From a virus: a stretch of 64,000 nt of DNA. Each line of letters begins with the position of its first letter. The first letter of the stretch is position 1. The stretch lies in IMG/VR virus record IMGVR_UViG_3300042564_002372, positions 1 through 64,000 of that record; one strand, 5' to 3'. The notes under the pieces are model-generated. The model did no database searches and was not told where the DNA came from. It saw nothing but the letters and a program-made list of their open reading frames with translations. The position numbers were made by a program, and so were the translations under genes. Of this stretch, positions 36,601-49,000 are shown in pieces.

Positions 36601-37055
36601 ACAGCATTAGCTCCAGATACATTTGTAGAGGACTTTCTTGCATACTCAGTAAGTGATTCAATGTTCACTCCCATCTTCTTAAGCACTTCTTTCACCTTGG
36701 AAATAGTTTCTGGAGAAGCTACGGAGAGTTGAGATTCTTCTTGCTGGAGAAATAAATAATCTTCTCCATATTCAACTCCTGCTCTAACAGCATCATCCAT
36801 TTGAGCTGCTCTTGCTTCTTCTATCTCAATTTCCAATTCATGATTGTAATACAAATCAACAAGAGCATTTGGAATATCAACTCTTCTAGAAACTGCGTCA
36901 GCCTCTGAAAAGAATTCTACCACTGGTGCATTGTAATCAGCATTGATTTCTGATGCTAATTTCTTGGCATTAGCTAACGACATGTTGAAACCAGGGTTTG
37001 ATCTGGTCTCAACATTTGTTGTTAGGTTGTTCTTTATTTGTATTTTACAAGGCAT
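30657..37055 (-). CDS. large polyvalent virion/ejection protein (degenerate zincin, GNAT, ART-like and PD-(D/E)xK domains)
   Basis: TEEMVH; EYQNKGYGQ (GNAT); VYHGT..FDKFD..ENPL..PEQIHIL (ART-PolyVal-like); EAGTIDLLIVD...IVDWK; start moved to ATG 37055. Confidence 0.75.
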   Translation of the reverse strand: MPCKIQIKNNLTTNVETRSNPGFNMSLANAKKLASEINADYNAPVVEFFSEADAVSRRVDIPNALVDLYYNHELEIEIEEARAAQMDDAVRAGVEYGEDYLFLQQEESQLSVASPETISKVKEVLKKMGVNIESLTEYARKSSTNVSGANAVADLVRGVIAVAEGKEDVALTEEMVHVATAIIEQKNPSLVTEMISKIDRFKIYKQTLEEYKNNKFYQLPNGKPDIRKIKKEAVDRLISELIINQGQDAAQFPELLEEENRSIIRRWWNAITDFFRGMYKSANISIFEETAKQIIEGEIEGEVSDILNETIYAQRQAPYIKEGVEELFNSNPELANQVYEALGFNKSTFDNKGITLSKETNSGWMFIQLNNKKIGRVKFVNNGEKEQLGLSIEINDEYQNKGYGQVVHILMADLAKKDYRSSLYSDYQNSSQEIQLLNSLVKKGYAEKIGDIGKASEKYPDSFVTEERAFRIKTSDEIQQITPQQKQQALQLYSQYLDSVFPNSKVKDVVYHGTNKKFDKFDKRFINQSFENLIFFFKNKINAKNWSDKSELLLKKEDLVKTVLDLRTSEPEANLEDNIFYALTQFGTLRSREEVARKNKEALDKVTPLLEYLNLNIDNLYNLLNSDLEAYRDVVRKAIATSPSSKIIVNNRVVPVLINSENPLVLIEKYDYYLGRESGRKFTRDVADRIEEYDSLIAEDVTEYEDDRIKNRDTQYAVKEPEQIHILANENDVQGFREFVKTRSSGEGIFFQLAEPTKAQKEIQRRIIETRETLRKEDVDPTIDPLTIGDSDASNFYEYKQPDGTYKRVLKRVTDRVKRYYKDKFGEPTFTKEEKAFNEFKRNLGIKYHGFFEEIHYRYFNLDGTRKTTPDARPDIRDRVDAEVYAKIENYYTEMIEARSKGGKNILVFSEARVYDAREKEAGTIDLLIVDEDGTGHIVDWKFMSVGEGQRDVQWYKQEAYGVQLRRYRDILLTNYGVKKVGMNRAVPILFQIKPADKKVEDSKPTLTGINIGSVDTTKIENLTLVPVSEKTESTGFKSLDKFIGELNAILDRISKTKATSDEEREFKRERLNIVREAIRMAQGTMNIKPVIDVVLVMMKEGENLISDYNMIYKDANAQSNEFTNEQLSDFSSDLRDYLAIAKVFGKISDTIGDLIYNKEMDKMGISEEELADRKEMLEDLSKNATQIRKSREQVYEIAGQFADKYMGLRNLVTGLLNPAAVVKGLGSLFRSISEIPLASVQILYKLTENAKVRASADAKDEVQDLMKIREKLASRGGDLRQLVKKIYRKDDKGNFVNKLIYKYSPEFRDGVKNNSLEENRSKQWLKDNIDVEAYLKEADALLEKRVAQIERDYANNEEMKDRLILQERQKWDLRRADFTGWNNYVILRHPKAKWLSEEYKELEKDPELLELYNFISKINEKAKDVGYLSNQGVSTFLPWVRKSMAESLAWDFSLSTVMNFGNKLSIRADDVGYGNIDALTGEVENGIPKYYTTDFTQLPGGEVDTSEVSEDLFANMILYIGHMNNYKYLSEVEDQIKLVKDIETFKEHHLQTSRTGNVVVENGRVIEEKGNEENAKIYDQFMRAVLYDQKYPLDDTDVTISTGVVDYMKKAVNKTAKHFGGKEIFTIDDNPSSVSLVKSMETMNRYFQLKALGFEFVSGAVNWFGTNVQLAAQSGIYFNSGEVLKKQYEILGNNLSKEKQDIFVELIDKFMPLREDPNYESFKKAGMTTLTRQNFGDALMFFMRQPEQFTEKAVFMTLLDNIMVQDGKFVNIRDVVKRKYRDEKKGASVTRLKEIDKEIESEIEQLKKEQSIGSTMKMEDGNLVIPGFDLNNRDEIQRLTRLTRRISTNATGGINAQNVNRAQMNIWMKSAMIFKNWIPGLAFTRFDHLKKVSDDFSVTINEDGTTEGERYDIGRLRLFMYVAGTSIVQLSNNINNILSLNEDGMVELDRMFEKFSEEYLQRTGETLNMTREEFIDLIRTNLRNQMRELALTLSLIGLSFSMGLIGPDDDDTRAEKNAFRYSQRIIDKFVSELTFFINPFEFQNILEGNLLPAIGVVTDVTRFGTHLTKEVTGFDVSDPTKSFEEVKKDAQPIKNLAKMFPLTKSLINYAAMLDEEFAKEYDITVSKTPGK

Positions 37056-37059
37056 TTTA

Positions 37060-40000
37060 TTATTGGCAAGATGGAGGAGTTCTGTCAATTGCTGGAAGAT
37101 CTCCAGGTTTATTTTTATTAGCCACTGGGCTTGGAGTTGCTACAGGGCTTCCACCAGTGAAGATGTTAATAATTCTTTCGTCAGCTGCTACATTACGAAC
37201 TTTGATAAACCCATTATCAATTTCTGAAGGCTTCTCAACATCATAGAATTCTTGAGCTCTTTCTCTAGCACCCCATGCATTTACAGCTTGATAGATGTAA
37301 TATTCTTTACCATCATAAGCTGTGTGGATAAATGGTAGTCCTCCAGTTTTCACTTTTCTAAACAATCCACGCTTGATGTAAGAGAAGTCTCCCTTCTTTC
37401 TCATCTCAGCTTTTTTCTCTTTTGTAAAACTTTCGTCTTCCCACGAATATACGAAGAAATCAGAATTAGATTTTCTTCCAAGCATACTAACTGAAATGAT
37501 TGGAGGAATTTGATTAGTTTCTACTGCTGATTTAACTTGGTTAGGAAGGTATCTCATTGCTGGATTATAAACCTTCTTCTTAGTCCATCTAGCTTTCTCA
37601 TAAGGAACTACATCATCATTTCCCCAATTGTTTCTTTCGAATACATTCAAATCTGCAAATGTTTCTAGATTAGGAAGACTCTCAAGTTTTTGAATTGTAT
37701 CGTTGTAGATACTTTCAAAATCTTCAAAAGGAAGTAATGATGTGAACGATAGTCTATTTACAGAAAGTCCAGACTGATACAAAGCCAACATCTTAAACTT
37801 GTTGTATTTGGCTAATTCTCCTTTGCTCTCAAGATATTCCTTAAGTTCTCTGAAGCTGTATATAATACTATTCTGATCGTATATTTTATTCGTTGCTCCT
37901 TTTATCTTAATGTTGTTAGCACTTTCTGGAGAAGCTTCTGGTGCAAGTTGTGGCACAATGATGTTAACGACATGATTGTCAAACAATGGATGATTAGGAT
38001 TTGCTTTAATCTCTTTAACCATTTGCATGATGTCATTAGCATATCCACCATTGGTAATCATTGTGTTAACCACTGCATCTTTAAACACTGTGTTTGTTTG
38101 TACAGCATAGTCAAACAAATCAGCTACAGCTCTTTGTGCTAGTTTAACAAAGTCACGATCATTTAGATCAACGTATGGTTTCAACACTCTCTGTATAACA
38201 TTTCTCACCTTACTTCTATCAGAAGCAAGAATCTCCGCTACACCATCTCTTGTTTTGTTCAAGGTTTCAGCCGTTGTTCCAATGAATGAATTATCCAATA
38301 TCTCATCTACAGAACTGATGATGGTTTGTTGAGCTCTAATAAACTGCTCATGCTTTTTAAATAATAGATATGGATCATTGAAGTTAGATGTGTCATAGTT
38401 AGTTCCCTGTGTAACTAGGAACATGTGCTCTGCCATCTTAGCATACTTCAAGAACTCACCAAGAATAAATTGTTGATCAGCTTTTTCATTTGGCGAAAGA
38501 TCTGCTACACTTTTACCCACCATGTTTCTTAGAGAAGCAGTGTTTGGAATTACATCTCTAGGAGCCATGTTTGCTTTTGGATCAAAGTTGCCCATGGTGA
38601 TGTCTGCGAAATCATCTATGAATAGCCAAGAGTAGCCAGCATTCTCAATGATTCCTAGGTATTCACGAATGATTGGTTGATTCATGAAATAAGATACAGT
38701 GTCAATAGGTACGCCTATCTTAACCAAGAACAACCAGGTGGATGCTACGTTTGGTGTAGCACCAAGTTCCATGATCCAAGGTCCATTTGAAATATCTACA
38801 TAACCATCAATGAATTGGCCAATGATGTCAGAGATAAACTGACCATCAGCGTTTTTAATCATAGACATTGTAGCCTTACCATCAAGTTGATTGAAGCTTT
38901 GGAACTTCACCTTTGCATCACCTAACCATTTTGCATCTACAGGAGATACGTTCTCCAATCTAGCAGGATCTACAAATGATGCAAATCTCTGCATGAGTGA
39001 ATGGTTTGTCTGGTTAACAGCTGCAATACCAATTGCATACTTACCAGTTACAAATGCATGACGTAGTGATGACATGAAGTTTCTATTCAACATGTTACCT
39101 ACGTTTCTATAATCATAAGAACCACCTACAGTTTTCTTAGCAATCTCTTCAGACAATGCTTTCATTTGATTAGCAGAGTTTGGAGTCATTAACTTATCGT
39201 AGTTCTCATCACTCTTAATTAAATTCTCAGATGATTCGATGTAAGCGTTTTCCAAAGATGCTTTGTAAAGTCTCTCAGCATGCTCTTCTACAAAAGCATC
39301 CTGCAAGTCTTGAACTGTAAGTTTTTCTAATTTCTTATTTAACTTTTCAAATCTTTTTGCAAAGACATCACCAACAAGATCTACAGAAAGTTTACCATCA
39401 ACTATTTCATTTGCAAACCATTGTCTGAATAATGGAATCCATATTTGAGCAAATTCATTAGAAGTGTTTTCTGTAACAATATCAACAAATGTTTGTCTAA
39501 GATCTTCTTGTTTCAGTATTCTATTTTCAACTTTCTCAATCTTTGCTTGAGTTAGTTCTTTAGATAGAGCCTTGAACTTATCAATGGCCTGCTGACCATA
39601 ACCTTCAAATGGAACAAGTTTGATGTTACCTTTTGTATCTTGATAAACGTTCTTCAAATACATTGAAAGTTTATCAATATCAAAGTCAGATCCTACCTTA
39701 GCTACAAGTGCAGAAGGAATAACTACAGAGTCACCAAATTCTTTTGGTAAGAATTTAGCAATCTTTATTGCATCAATTGAGTTTTGGTTTTGTGTAGGAA
39801 TACGGAATGCCACACCCATAAGAATCTTTTGACCCTCTTCTGTATTGTTGAAGTAGTTAAGAAGTTCTTTGTCAGATAAAGGGCTGTCAAACCATCTTCC
39901 AATCATCACTTCAGCTACACGCTCTCCATCTTTCTCATAGAACTTCAATGTATTAGAAACGAATCCTTTCTTACCATTGATTTCCTGTATTCCTATCTTG

Positions 40001-43000
40001 TTTGATTCTAGTAGTGTAGAAGGTATTTGTACTTTCATACCTCCAGATATTTTTGGAGAAACAACATTACTATCAACAATAGAATAAAGAATGTTTCTCA
40101 CTTGCTGATATGCAGGTGTTGCTTCAAGAATAGTTTTACCTTCAAGGAATGAATCAAGTGATTTAATCACATTATCATTCACTTCTCTTTTTAGCATTTC
40201 TTTTCTTAATGTATCAGCTGCGATAGAGAAGTCAGTTATTTCATACCCTTCTTTTGTTTCTGCAATACCAAGCTTCTTCAATAGAGATTGGTAACCAAAC
40301 TCAGTCATTGCTTGTAGCAATTCTCTGTTGTTCTTTATCTCTTTGTAAAGCTTAGACTTTTCTTTATCAGCTTCGTCAAGAGCATTCCATGCTTGGTATC
40401 TCTTATTGAAGTTTGTTTCATTAGGCATGAAATCAACAGGAACACCAGCAGCCATAAAGTCCATTGTCAAAAGCTTTGTCATCTGAGAACCTCTAGTAAC
40501 AAGAGCCTTTTCCTTAGAAGGAACTTCTGCCTGTATAGCCATAATCTTGAAAGGAACATTGATAACATTCTGACCCTTTCCAGAAGCTGTGTAAGGAGTG
40601 TCATTGAATGATCCATCAACATTGTATGTAGAATGTGGATTTCTTGCTCCAACCTTTCTACCACTGTTGAATACAATGTAATCAATATCCTCTCTCTGCA
40701 TCTTATCATAGAGCTTCATTGCATTAGATGTTGAATTAACCTTATGCATCACTCTAAATGATAGAGGGTAGAGAGCAAACTTGTCAAGGACCACTTCATT
40801 ATATCCTTGTTGATTATCAGTAGTTCCAGCAACAATTGGTTTTACAGGAGTGTAAGCACTCTGATCACCAGGATTGTTTTTCTCAAACTCGTCAAGTGTA
40901 GCTTGATCTGCTCCAGACTTAACAAGCTTCTCATAGGCAACATCGTGTCTGTATTGAAGTTCATTAGTCTCTGTCCACTGACCCGCTCTAAACTTCAAGT
41001 TTCTATGAGCCTTCATAGAAATTATACCTGAACCATCTGTTTCTTTATAAGCTTCATAATCTTGTCCAGGAACATCTACAATACCAATCACATCAGCATG
41101 TGTAGCTGTTCTGAAATAGTTTCTATTGAAGTCTGTATATCCAACATCGCCTTTTTCAAATCCTGCATTCAATGCATTTTGCATTGCTGCGTTTATACTA
41201 AACCCAACAGTTAAGCTATCTGGATCAGACATAATAGCTTGTCTTGGAGAACTAAAGCTTTTGATACGCTTAAGTTCATCCTTGTATTGATATGGATCAG
41301 AATACATGAGTTTGTGCAACTCAATGTTAGCAATCATGTAGTTGACAGTGAGTGCTGACAAGTTGTTGTTCAATGTCTGCTCATTCATTGATTCGCTCAA
41401 TGAATACATTCCATCTTCACTACTTTTAATATTTCTTAGAGAAAATCCTACACCATCGTATTGAAGAATACCATACTTATTTAATGTATTTCTAAATGCT
41501 TGTGTTCTAGACTCAACATACTTCTTTACAGCAACTTCAATCTTTTTCTCAAACTTGTTGTATACAGCTTCTGCATCAACCTCTTTAGAGGCTATGATTT
41601 CGTTATTAAGTTCTTCACCTAGTATATCATAGAAGAATCTAAGATTGTTTCTCTCAGACTCTCTAGATGCATCAACAACTCTATCTGGAGATTTCGCAAG
41701 TTCATATTCAGATTTGAAATACTCTTTGAATATTTCCATCACCTTTCCATAACCTATGCTCATATTTTTAGATGACACATGGTTACCCATCTTAATCATC
41801 CATTCAATAGAAGCATCTCCAGGAACAAGATTCAAATAGAATCCATTTAGGTTAAGGTTCATTTCTTGTGTTAGACGTTCTGGATAGTTTAGTCTAGCAG
41901 AAGGCTTTTGTTTACCATTGATGTCGTTCTTAGTACCTCCAACATACGCAACTGTCAACAAATCACTATTAGCATTAGATGCAGGAATCTTCTTTCCTCC
42001 TTTTGGAAATAGCTTATTCATTATCACAGATCCTTTTGCAAAAGGGTCCATGACAAGATATTTGTAATGACTTTCTTTTACAGAGTTGTCACTAAGATCT
42101 TTAGTTTTTGATACAAAGTCTTGAAGATCACTTAACGGGTTTACGCCAATGTAAGACTGTGTACGTTCATTTGAAATGTTGAAGTATGTACTCTCAATCT
42201 CTGGGTTAGATGATTTTATTTTTAAAATAGCAAGTTCTGTAAGTCTTCCTTGAACACTAATTGTCTTTTTGGAAAGAGTCATCAACTCTTTGTTCTTAAC
42301 AAGACTATCTCTAATACCCTTTACAATCTCTCTAAACTTAGTCTTATCGTCACTGGTAAGTTTTCTAAAATCTTCTTTACTAAACTCAATGCCAATATCA
42401 TTCAAGAATCTCAACATTGCATTGTCATTATCAGCAATGTTTGAAGAGTTGAATTTTAAGTCATTGATTTTATCTTTAGCAACATAAGCTTTTTTAGAAG
42501 CATCGTATTCAAAATATCCTTTACCCTCTCTTGCAGAAAGGATGATTCCATTCTCATAATCATTTGCAATCTGTGCAGAAGCCTGTGACAAGTTTGCATC
42601 ACCAACAACTACATCTCCATTCTCAAGAATAAATACGTTCTTAACTTCTGGATTTTGTTTTTTGAATGTGCTGAAGAAAGAAGATAGTAATTGAATACTA
42701 TGAGGAGTGGTAAGCTTTTTGAATTCAAACTTACCTTCTGATGGATCTTTCTTAGCAATCCTCTTGTACAATCTAGAATAGTTTCCATCTTCTAGAGCAA
42801 GTCTTCTGAGATTTTCCATCATCTCATCCACATCTCTAGATGCATGAAGTTTATTCATCACGGTGATGAATGTCTGGGCAAGGGGTAATAACTCGTTTCC
42901 ACCAACAGATGTAACAATTGCTTCATCAACACCATTAACTCTTTTTGTTCTAGGTAGTGTTGCAAGCAATAGTTTTATTGCTGAATTTGCTTTTCTAAAC

Positions 43001-46000
43001 GCATCAATCTTTGTTGCATCTGGACTTATTTCTTTAGTCTTTTCCTCATCACGAATTTCAATCTCCTCATTCTCATCAAATTCAATTTGATACTGTGACA
43101 TATACTCTTCATACTTAACGAAGAGCTCATTCCATTGCTCGTTTATTTTTGAAAAGTTCTCTCTTAAGAAATTATCAAGTGCTACAAATTCATTAGCTGA
43201 TATTTTACCAGCTAAATAGTTTTCATTATTTGCTACAATCTTATCTCCAAGAATACCATTCTCTACAATGTTTCCATTCTCATCAACTCTTCCTAGAGTT
43301 TCAGCAAACAATTCATCGTTCAAATACTTTTTAGAAATTTTATTTACATTGAACAGGCTTTGATCAGTGCTTCCAAGAAGAGACAAAGTTTTATAAGCCA
43401 TGTGTTGAATCAATTCATTCTGTTGCTTATAAGGAACTGTAATTCTCAACTCATCTTCTTCTGTAGCAAATCCATCTTCAATGTCAACTATCTGTGTAGG
43501 AACATTCTCAAGCACTCCCATAGAAGGTGTAGACTTAGCATAATAGCCAGTTCCTATTCTTTTGAATAATTCTTCAGTGTTGATGCTTGCATCTTTACCT
43601 GTAAAGAATTTCTTGATGACATTAACAATATCAGAGAATAGTCTAACTATAAAAGGTCTTCCATCCTTTGGTTTAGTAGGAACCTTCTTGAATAATACAT
43701 AGTCTCTAAACTCTTCAGCAAGTTGTTCTTTGATTTGTTGAGGAGTAGCTTCTGAATACTTTACTGTCTCACCTGTAGGTCTATCAACAAATGTTCCTGT
43801 TCTAGATTTGAATTCCTTAATGATAGATTGCTGCTCAGCTGGATCAGTAAACATCTTCCATACAGCCTCAAACACTTCGTGATAGAATGTTCCCACTTCT
43901 GCATTTTCATATACATAGATGGCACCATTTTTCAACATACCCCAAGCTTGAGCACCATTGGTAGCTTGAATTAGATTCTTAAGTCTATACAATGGAACAC
44001 CAGGAAGCACTCTTTTCCAGAATGCTTCTATCTCGTTCCAGTCTTCAATCTGCATAGACTTAGCTTCTCTCTCAACAACCTCTCTATATTCAGCTCTACC
44101 ACTTCTTGGTGTAGAAGCAGCATTGTTTTTTATTTCTTCAGATCTTCTTTTTGCCTCTTCTTCAACACTAGAAGCTGCTGGTGCTGGTGTAAATAAACTA
44201 GCTCTAGCTTCTTCAATACGACTTGGTGCAGGAGGTGCACCTGGAACAATAGGTTGTTGAGCCTGAGCTATAGGAGCAGATGGTGCTGCACCAAATAGAG
44301 ACGCTCTTGCTTCATCTATTCGATTAGAAACTGGTGCTGGAGTTGCACTTTTAGTTTCAACAGGTGATGCTTCAATTGGTGTAAGCTTAACTTCTTTCTT
44401 TACTTCTGGAATAATATAATCATCTACAGTGTCTGTAGTGTAGAAATAAATTCCAGATCTGTTTACATCACTTGGTCCTTCTAGAGGACGCATGTATGTA
44501 GAAAGAGGAAGTTGTTCTCCAGATCTTTTCTTACCATCAGGAGTAGTTGTGGAGAGTAGATAAGATTGATAGTTTGGCCACATAACAGACTCAATCCTTC
44601 CATCTTCAGAGATGTTTGTGATCTGTTCGTATTCCATTCCAATCTCTCTAGCGTATGCACCATTTACGTTGTGATACATTCCTTGTAACACAGCAATGAT
44701 ATCTTCCCTGTTTTGTATAAGACCTGATGGTGTAAATGGGAAGGCTGCTCCTTTTCCAGACATGTATAACTTACCATCCTTAAAGAAGACACTACTAAAT
44801 CCAGCTTCGTTAGCTGGTATTCCCCAATACACAACAGATTTCAAGAATGATAAAAGTCTCTTACTTTGATCATCATTAACACCCTTAGACTTATCAAGAG
44901 CATTCTTTGAAAACTGTAGAATAGCATTGAATATTGTCTCAGCTTCCTTCTTACTGTGTTGTCTATTGTTCAATGGAACAAGTCCATTACCCATATCAAG
45001 AAACACTCTACCTGGAGCAGACTTAGTTACACTTATGCCCCGTATGATAGATTCGTCACTTGTTGCAACAGTGATTATTGGAGAGTTGTCAATATCGTAG
45101 TCTGTAACTAGACCAGCATCTTGAACACTTGTTCTGGTGTCGTAAAGTTTGTTTCCTTCTGCATCTTGATTAACCTTTGGAAAACCAAATGACACATCAA
45201 TAGAATGAACTTCAGAAAGATCTTCCACCTTAAGAATTCTACTTCTCCATTCAGCGTATTGCTTTCTGACTTCACTTCTTACGTTCTCTGAAACATTCTC
45301 AGCAAACATTGACTTATCGCCATAGTCTCCAGACCACTTAAGATCTTCTAAAGGAAATACTTGGTAGATAGAGTTGTTGAGAGGGTCTTGTAGTTGTTCT
45401 TCTGTAAGAGGTAATCCATTCTCATTAACTAATACAGGCTGACCAGTTGACATATCAACCATGACCATAGCAATGATCTTGTTTGCATCAACTGTTTCAT
45501 TAATACCATTCTCGTCAGTTCTCAAGTGATCCATCAATCCAGGAATCAATTGATCCTGGTTCTTTGAAGTGATGTAGACACCTTTGATATCTCTCTTCTG
45601 ATCATCGTCAAATGACTGGAAGTTCATTCCAAATCTTTGAGCTCTCTTTTGGTGAGCCTTTCCTCTATCAACTGGTATTGTAGCTCTAGGTACGATAGCT
45701 AAAGGCTTCTTAGCATCCACCTCAAACTCTCTATCAAATACAGCAGGAACTGGATTATCATTATCAGCAGTACCTAAGATTTGTTTTCTTAGAGCTTCGT
45801 TCTTAGCAAGTTTTTCTTCCTCAATACCACTGGCTTGATATTCTTGATAAGCCTTCTTCATCTTTGCAAGAAGTGCTTCTTTGAACATCAATTCATTTGC
45901 ATCTGATTTTAAAAATTCTTTTAGTGATTTTATCTCATCTAAAAGTTTATTCAACTTCTCCTCATTAGGAGAAATGTCCATATCCTCCGCTTCAGCAATG

Positions 46001-49000
46001 AGTCGTTCTAACTCACGTAAGTCTGAAATGAAATTTGGTTTTAGTTTTAAGAAGTTTGGATTATTTTTTAGGAATTCATTGAACTCCACTCCCATGATTG
46101 TTGGAGCCTTTGGATAGTTTGATTCAAACTGATCAACAAGGTTTCTCAAGAAGCCTATTGCAGAATCAAGAGTGTCTTCAATCTGATTTGCAAGTTTTGT
46201 TAGTGCACCAATCTGCTTACCATTTTCTTCTATTGATTCTTTAAGAAGTTCTGTTTCAAACTCCAACTGATCAATAATAGATTTTGAATCCCCAGAAAGT
46301 TCTGAGACGTTTTGAACTGCATCTTGCAAGTATGCAAGAAGTAATTCACCATCTTCCTTCTGAGCTTCGAGGTCAGCAATCTCTTGCAATAAATCTTCTT
46401 TAGCTCTTGACAAACGCATTGCTGCATCAAGAGCCTTTCTTACAGAAGACTTTAATTTTGTACCCTTCTTAGCTCTAGCATCATCTCCACCCTTCTCAAT
46501 GGTCTTGTTGATTTTCTCAAGCTCTTCTTCAATAGTTAAAACATCAGCTCTTTTCTGCTTAATTGTTTTTTCTAACTCAGCTTGTTTCTCAATAACCTCA
46601 TTGTGGTAATCATTGATGAGTTCTGCTCTAGCATCTTGGACATTAAGATCATAAAGTTTAGGAGCAGCTTCTGTTGCCTTCTTTTCTTTTGATCTTTTAA
46701 TTTGCTCTTTCTCTGTAGCAGTTAGTTCTCTGCCAAGAGAGAATATTCCTTTTTCAAATCCAGGTTTTGCTTCAAATGATTTTAAATCAATTGGTATTGA
46801 TTTTACAACTCTTTTACCTTTCTTACTCTTGGTAACATAAGTAAACATGAGTTGATTTTTATCACTATCAAACTCAAGTCTTCCTTTTTTAATACCACCC
46901 TTATTTTTACCTGCATTCCATTCTACAATGGTGTTAACATTATTCATGAAGAATGCAGCTATTGGATTATTCGCAACTGCTGAAACTTTTCCTAGTTTGT
47001 AATCCTGTAGCAATTCAGGATTAATATCTCTTTCTCCTTTGTTATCTCTGATTCTAATTGTACCATCTGGATTTTGTCCAAGAATAGTAAGCTTTGGAAA
47101 ACGATAAACTTCGTTTCCATTTGAATCATATTCTACAACTTTACCAAGAAAGTATTCTTCGCCTATTTGAAAATTTTTCTCACCATCTTTAGTTACAATC
47201 TTTACTCTCTCGCCAATCTTCTCTTCAGGAATAACTGTATTTGGTTCTTTCTTCTTTGGTGTGAATTTCTCAGGAACAGATTTCATCTCAGAGTATTCAT
47301 CAAGAAACTTCTTTCTCTTCATACCCATTTCAACAAGCTCAAATAGATCTTGAGTTAACTCATCCTCATTGATTGAACCTTTTGCTTTAATCTCTGATAC
47401 AACTTTCTCAACAGCCTCAGTGTTAGGAACTCCATTCAACAATACATCATTGAATAGCTCAGCAGTGTTTACACCAGCAGTTATTAACTTATTGTTTAGG
47501 CTAGGTATTCTATTATCGTAATCAAATACTTTAGAAGCAGCATAGGTGAGTTTGTCAATTACAGCATCACTGTAAACACGATCACCCTTATCATCAACAA
47601 CACCTTTATACTTTAAGCTAATATCCTGATAAGCTTTATCAATATACTGTGCTTGACTTTCAATAACTCGAAGTCTATTCAAGAATGATTGTCTAGTATC
47701 AGTTTGATATGCATATCCTTCTTGTTGCAATTGCAAAAATCCTTCTTCTGTATTAGCAAGAGCTCTAAGTTCTTCAAGCTCAAGATTAACAAATTCTGTA
47801 GATGTGTACTTAGCACGATTTAATATTGTGCCAAAAAGAAAATCAAACTCAAGATCTTTTGATCCTGATACATCTCCTTGTGCAATCTTTTGTGCTCTTT
47901 CTTGTTGAATTGCTTCAGCAGCATTTATAACTTTTGAAGAATCTTTAAGCTTATCTTTAATTAAAGAGTTATTGAATATAGTGACTGCTTCATCTCTAAG
48001 CTTTTTTTGCTGACCACCATATCCATCAAACCCTCTTTCTCTAAGAGAACCAGTCATACCAAGTGTTGGTATTCCAGATGTCATGATTGCTCCAGACACA
48101 CCACCAATAAATAGGTTTAGTAAACCTTCATCATCAGTTAATGCTTCTCTAGCACCATTGAAAAATAAATCATTTAGAATAGAAGCATCTCCTGTCTCAT
48201 CAAGTTTTGAGAAGTAGTTCTCTGTACCAACTTGTGCAGCATATTGCGAAGCTTCTTCAAGTGCTTCAGTTGTATTAAATGCTAACCCAGCAATGTTTCT
48301 GGCTTTGTATAAAGTTTTAGCTAATCCTTTTTCAGGAAGTGCTGAGATATACTTCCCTTGTTTAAACATTACATTGTTAATAACATTCTTTTCTCCCTTA
48401 AATGTAGAAGAGAATATTTTAGGAAGTTGTATAAAGTTAGAGGCTGATAGTAATCCAATGTTTAGTCCATAAACTGTTTTACCAGCTCTTTCTGCAAGAT
48501 TATCAATTTCTTTTAAATCTTCTCCCTGTGGGACATATCCATTGTTAGCAATGTATTTGTCAATCAATGATTGTCTGAATTCCTGAGAAGCGTTAAGAGC
48601 TTCTATACCAGCTTCACCAGCAGCACCAAATGTTGCTACAATACCTCTTTCAGCTCCCATCAATGCTCTACCAGCAGCAACTCTAGCGGATGCTCCTAGC
48701 CCATTTAATGCAGAGTTTATAGCTGAAAGTCTTTGTACTTGTGGAAGAGCATTAGCAGAGCCAACAGCAGCGTCAGCAGCAGCAGCCATAGTTCTTCCTT
48801 GTGCAACAAGTCTAGATGTTAGACCAATTGCTCTAAAAGCACCAGACCATGCAAAACCACCTGCAAGAGCACCTGCTGCAAATCCAAGATTTTTAATAAT
48901 GTTATCAGCTAAAAAGTTAGCTGTAAATAAATTATCTGGTTCCCACCAGTTACCTTCTCTTTCTCTTTGAGTTTTGTAATTAGCAAAAGTGGTTTCTAGA